Assembly (NCBI GenBank): GCA_030668825.1
Contig: DAOVET010000089.1
Coordinates: 1 to 10,663 of the forward strand
Direction of reading: 5' to 3'
Source: Candidatus Heimdallarchaeota archaeon
GTDB taxonomy: Archaea; Asgardarchaeota; Heimdallarchaeia; Heimdallarchaeales; Heimdallarchaeaceae
DNA: 10,663 bases
The notes beneath the pieces were generated by a model. It saw only the letters and a program-made list of their open reading frames with translations, did not search any database and had not been told where the DNA came from. Every line of letters begins with the position of its first letter. Within the stretch, counting starts at the first letter, position 1. Shown in pieces: positions 7,401-10,663 of this stretch. Both the position numbers and the translations under genes were made by a program.

Positions 7401-10400
7401 CTGGACATAGTCTAGGAGAATATGTGGCATTAGTGATCGCGGGTTCATTATCTTTCGAAGATGGATTAAGGGCGGTGATAGAGCGCGGTAGAGCAATGAG
7501 TAGGGCAGGAAATACAGTGCCTGGTGCGATGGCAGCTGTGCTTGCTCCAATTAATATAGTGAAAGAAATACTGGATGAAGTTAAAAAAACCTACCTGACT
7601 ATAGCAAATTATAATTCAAAATCTCAAACAGTTGTTTCAGGTGATATTGAGAGTGTTGAGGAAGTATTAGAAATATCTAAGAAGAGAGGAGTAAAAGCAA
7701 TAAGACTTAATGTATCGACAGCATTTCACTCTCAAATTGTCAAAAATGTAGAAGAAGAAATGGAAAAAGCACTATCCAAAATAGAATTTAAACACCCTTC
7801 TATTCCTGTTTTTAGTAATGTAACAAGCCTTCCTTATCCAAATGATCCTTCATTAATGAGGAATCTTCTAGTGGAACAAATAAGTTCATCTGTACGATGG
7901 GTCGATGAAGTAGAAAACATGTATAAAGCAGGAGCTAGATATTTCGTTGAAGTTGGACCTAAGAAAGCATTGTTCTCTTTTGCTAAAGATATTCTCAAAG
8001 ATAAGAAGGACATAAACGTTTTCAACACTCTAAGTGCAAAGGATGATGATATCAATAAAATCAAAGATACAGTAAACAAAATCATTCAAGCTGGTTATGA
8101 AAACGGTGAAATAGATTTCAGTACTTTGGATCAAAGCTTTGAACATTCTATAGTGCAAAAAGAGATACCAGTTTTTACTTCCAAAAAATCAGATTTCGAA
8201 TCATTCATTCAAAGAAACCCAAGTTTGTTAGAAAATTTCTTGAAAACAGGACATGAAATCTATACTACTTATTTGGGTAAGTCTGAAGCACCAACTGAAA
8301 CCAGAAGTGTTTCTTCTTTGAGTGAAGATTTAATTGGTATTACTGGAGTTGGAATAGGATTACCAGGAAAGAGTCAAAATGTATTTGATGATGAGAACAT
8401 AGATTTGATTCTCTCTGGGCACAATTTCATCGATACTGTTGAAGACAAAATAAAACAACATATTCTTGATAAAAACATCAATCGATTAGTAAAATCTCCT
8501 GATGGTTCTGCATCATTTGAAGAGATAAACGATTTATCTCAAGTAATCAGTTTAGCTGGACAAATAGGCAAATTTGATCCTATCAATGACTTTGGTCTAA
8601 ATGAGAAATTTTTACAGTCACTAGACATCACATTTACTCTTGCTATTTGTGCAGGTTTGGAAGCTTTAACTGATGCAGGAATTCCTTTAGTAAAATCATT
8701 AATAACTACCACAACAGGAAAGGTTCTTGAAGGAGAATGGGCTCTTCCAGAGGAATTACAGGAAGAGACAGGGGTAATCTTTGCTTCAGCTTTTCCAGGA
8801 TATGATAATCTCATTAAAGAAATTAATGAATATCAAGAATCTGGGGGAGAAAGAAGTTTCAGTCGAAATTTTCTATTCAAAATTCTTTCACTGGGGCATG
8901 CACAGTTTGCACAAATGATTAAGGCAAAAGGACCAAACACTCAAATAAATGCTGCTTGTGCTTCTACTACTCAGGCAATTGGTATTGCAGAGGACTGGAT
9001 TAAAACAGGTAGATGTAACAGAGTTATAGTTATAGCTGCAGATGATGCAGCTAGTGAGAACTTACTACCTTGGATTGGTTCAGGATTTTTGGTTGCTGGA
9101 GGAGTTACAACAGAAGGGGAAATAGAAAAAGCTGCACTGCCTTTTGGTAAAAATCGACATGGTCTGATTATTGGATCAGCAGCTGCAGGATTAATAATTG
9201 AAAAAGAATCTGCTTATGAAAAGAGAGGAGTTAAACCTATTGTCGACTTAATAGGTTCCCAATTTACAAACAGTGCTTTCCATGGTTCTAGACTTGATGT
9301 TAAGAACATAACACAAGAATTTGAAACATTTGTTAATAAAGTTGAAAAGAACTATAATATCTCAAGAAAGGAAATCGCAGAAAATGGTATCTTTGTTTCA
9401 CATGAAACTTATACACCTGCACGAGGAGGTAGTGCTGAAGCTGAAATTGAAGCTCTAAAGTCAGTATTCAGATCTGATGTATCCAAGATGATTATCGTGA
9501 ATACAAAAGGTTACACAGGTCATCCCATGGGCGCTGGAATAGAGGAATGTGTTGCAATAAAATCAATGGAGAGGAGTATTATTCCACCAATAGCAAATTA
9601 CACTCAAATTGACCCAGCATTTGCAGGTTTAAACTTCTCAAAAGGAGAAAATAAAAGAGTTAAATATGCAATAAGACTAGCTGCAGGTTTTGGTTCTCAG
9701 ATTGCTTTTACAGCATTTAGATTGAATACTCCTGATGACCGATATGATCTGAATTTTCATGAGAATTGGCTGAATCAGCTGAATGGGAGTCTTGACAGCA
9801 CATTTCTAGATGGTAGAGTTCTAAAGATGAGAACAAAGCTAAGAAAGATAGATTCAGCAGATGAAAAACTTGGAAGGAAACCTGTACTTCATTCGGTCGA
9901 ATCTGACAATGTTCTTTCAGAGCTAACCAATATTATTTCAGAGATAACTGGATATGAGTCTAATTTAATTGAAGCTGATATGCATCTAGAAGAGGATTTA
10001 GGGATTGATACTGTGAAGCAAGCTGAGATTTTTGGTATTGTTAGAGATAAATGGGATCTTGAATTGGATGAAACACTTAGTCTTGCTGAATTTACATCAC
10101 CAAACAAAATAGTGTCATATATTCTGGAGAAACTTCCACATGATCATAAAGAAGAAAGTTCCAAGAAAACAGTTGCTTCAAAATCTATTGATGATTCTAG
10201 TCTTAAAATCCGAATAAGAGAAATTGTCTCCGAAACAACTGGATATGAACCGGATTTAATTGAATATGATATGGATTTAGAAGAAGATTTGGGAATTGAT
10301 ACCATCAAGCAAGCTGAAATCTTTGGGGATATACGAGAAATATATGATCTTCCTCTAGATGAAACTGTAAGTTTAGCAGAATTCAGATCAATTCAAGATA

Positions 10401-10663
10401 TTGCTAATTACGTCTCCAAGTATGCGGTAACAGATGGTACAATCTCAAAAGATGTGAAATTTGATTTAGAGAAGAAAAAGTCAGTACAGATGGAGAGGGA
10501 TGTTAGAATAGATAAAATAATCGTATCACCAGCGAGCTTAAACAAAGAAAAGGCTGAAAAACTGGACTTATCAAATCTATCCTCTCTAGTAATTAACCTT
10601 GAATCATCTCGAACAAGCTCAATTTTAGAGGAATTCTCAAAGAAGAGTTTTCAATATCATGAA
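3488..10663 (+). CDS. Type I FAS/PKS (Pfa-like) megasynthase ER'-ER-KS-AT-KS-ACP-ACP-..., interrupted by one in-frame TAA at 5762-5764; runs off the right edge
   Basis: I translated the frame codon by codon from 5765 to 10663 and found no further stop. Protein similarity runs straight through the stop: VPDSRWDKNIHFD*DKTAQNKTYSKIGAFV. At least 2392 codons in total. It may be an intact gene with a sequence error, or a recent pseudogene. Confidence 0.88.
4490..5520 (+). other. Domain: FMN-dependent enoyl reductase, FabK/PfaD/NMO-like (copy 2)
   Basis: FPIIQGPMANIT, GALPVLA, LEGCECGGHIG (His 4901-4903), IVYAGGIGD, GIQMGTAYLFTDE and GCFMAGE. Boundaries are approximate. Confidence 0.8.
5624..7008 (+). 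other. Domain: ketosynthase 1 (PfaA-like), contains the in-frame TAA
   Basis: RIAIVGLGCIFP, TEDSMPGELSNVISGRIAN, TTDAACASS (Cys 6245-6247), EAHGTST (His 6647-6649), GSIKSQIGHLKAAAG (His 6764-6766) and [22 protein letters not shown]. Confidence 0.92.
7115..8030 (+). other. Domain: acyltransferase (probably malonyl-CoA:ACP)
   Basis: FMFTGQGSQYLGM, TKFTQPALF, GHSLGEY (Ser 7409-7411), ERGRAM, IANYNS..QTVVSG, LNVSTAFHS (His 7727-7729), SVRW and FVEVGP. Confidence 0.92.
8330..9720 (+). other. Domain: ketosynthase 2 (divergent)
   Basis: IGITGVGIGLPG, GLEALTDAGIPL, GPNTQINAACASTTQA (Cys 8957-8959), LPFGKNRHGLIIG, VSHETYTP (His 9401-9403), NTKGYTGHPMGAG (His 9521-9523) and AAGFGSQ. Confidence 0.85.
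9908..10135 (+). other. Domain: acyl carrier protein 1 (Thr at the phosphopantetheine site)
   Basis: VLSELTNIISEITGYESNLIEADMHLEEDLGIDTVKQAEIFGIVRDKW...LSLAEFTSPNKIVSYI. It matches the Pfa-type ACP pattern TGY..L...M.LE.DLGIDS except for S->T (ACT, 10010-10012). Confidence 0.88.
9938..10385 (+). repeat. Diverged direct repeat (291-nt period) corresponding to the tandem ACP duplication
   Basis: gatatgcatctagaagaggatttagggattgatactgtgaagcaagctgagatttttgg versus gatatggatttagaagaagatttgggaattgataccatcaagcaagctgaaatctttgg. Many differences are at third codon positions. Confidence 0.75.
10202..10425 (+). other. Domain: acyl carrier protein 2 (Thr at the phosphopantetheine site)
   Basis: IREIVSETTGYEPDLIEYDMDLEEDLGIDTIKQAEIFGDIREIY...VSLAEFRSIQDIANYV, with Thr codon ACC at 10301-10303. 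Confidence 0.88.

Noticed and set aside
3519-10107. Nine short minus-strand ORFs (62-91 aa) in the ORF track
   Set aside because: All are antisense to motif-rich coding sequence of the megasynthase and show no recognisable protein features; they are shadow ORFs.
1-10663. CRISPR arrays, tRNA/rRNA, IS elements
   Set aside because: No regularly spaced short repeats, RNA-gene signatures, terminal inverted repeats or transposase motifs were seen. Intergenic gaps are all under 100 bp.

Overview
AT-rich window (GC roughly low-30s %, estimated by eye) with archaeal-style promoters: BRE/TATA boxes about 24 nt upstream of start codons and AGGTG Shine-Dalgarno-like motifs. The minus strand carries a secreted FN3 + metallophosphoesterase (runs off the left edge, missed by the ORF track), a 55-aa single-TM protein, and a biotin protein ligase (BirA-like, no HTH). 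Divergently on the plus strand is an acyl-CoA carboxylase carboxyltransferase (PccB/AccD5-like). It is followed 10 nt later by a giant type I FAS/PKS of at least 2392 codons (3488 to beyond 10663). Manual translation gives the domain order ER-like(degenerate)-ER(FabK/NMO type)-KS1-AT-KS2-ACP-ACP, then probably reductive domains beyond the window. The ORF track shows only its first third because one in-frame TAA (5762-5764) interrupts KS1; the same frame then stays open to the window end. Most striking: both ACP domains have Thr instead of the canonical phosphopantetheinylated Ser (LGIDT), both KS domains keep a Cys-His-His triad, and the megasynthase sits with its extender-supply genes in an apparently archaeal genome.
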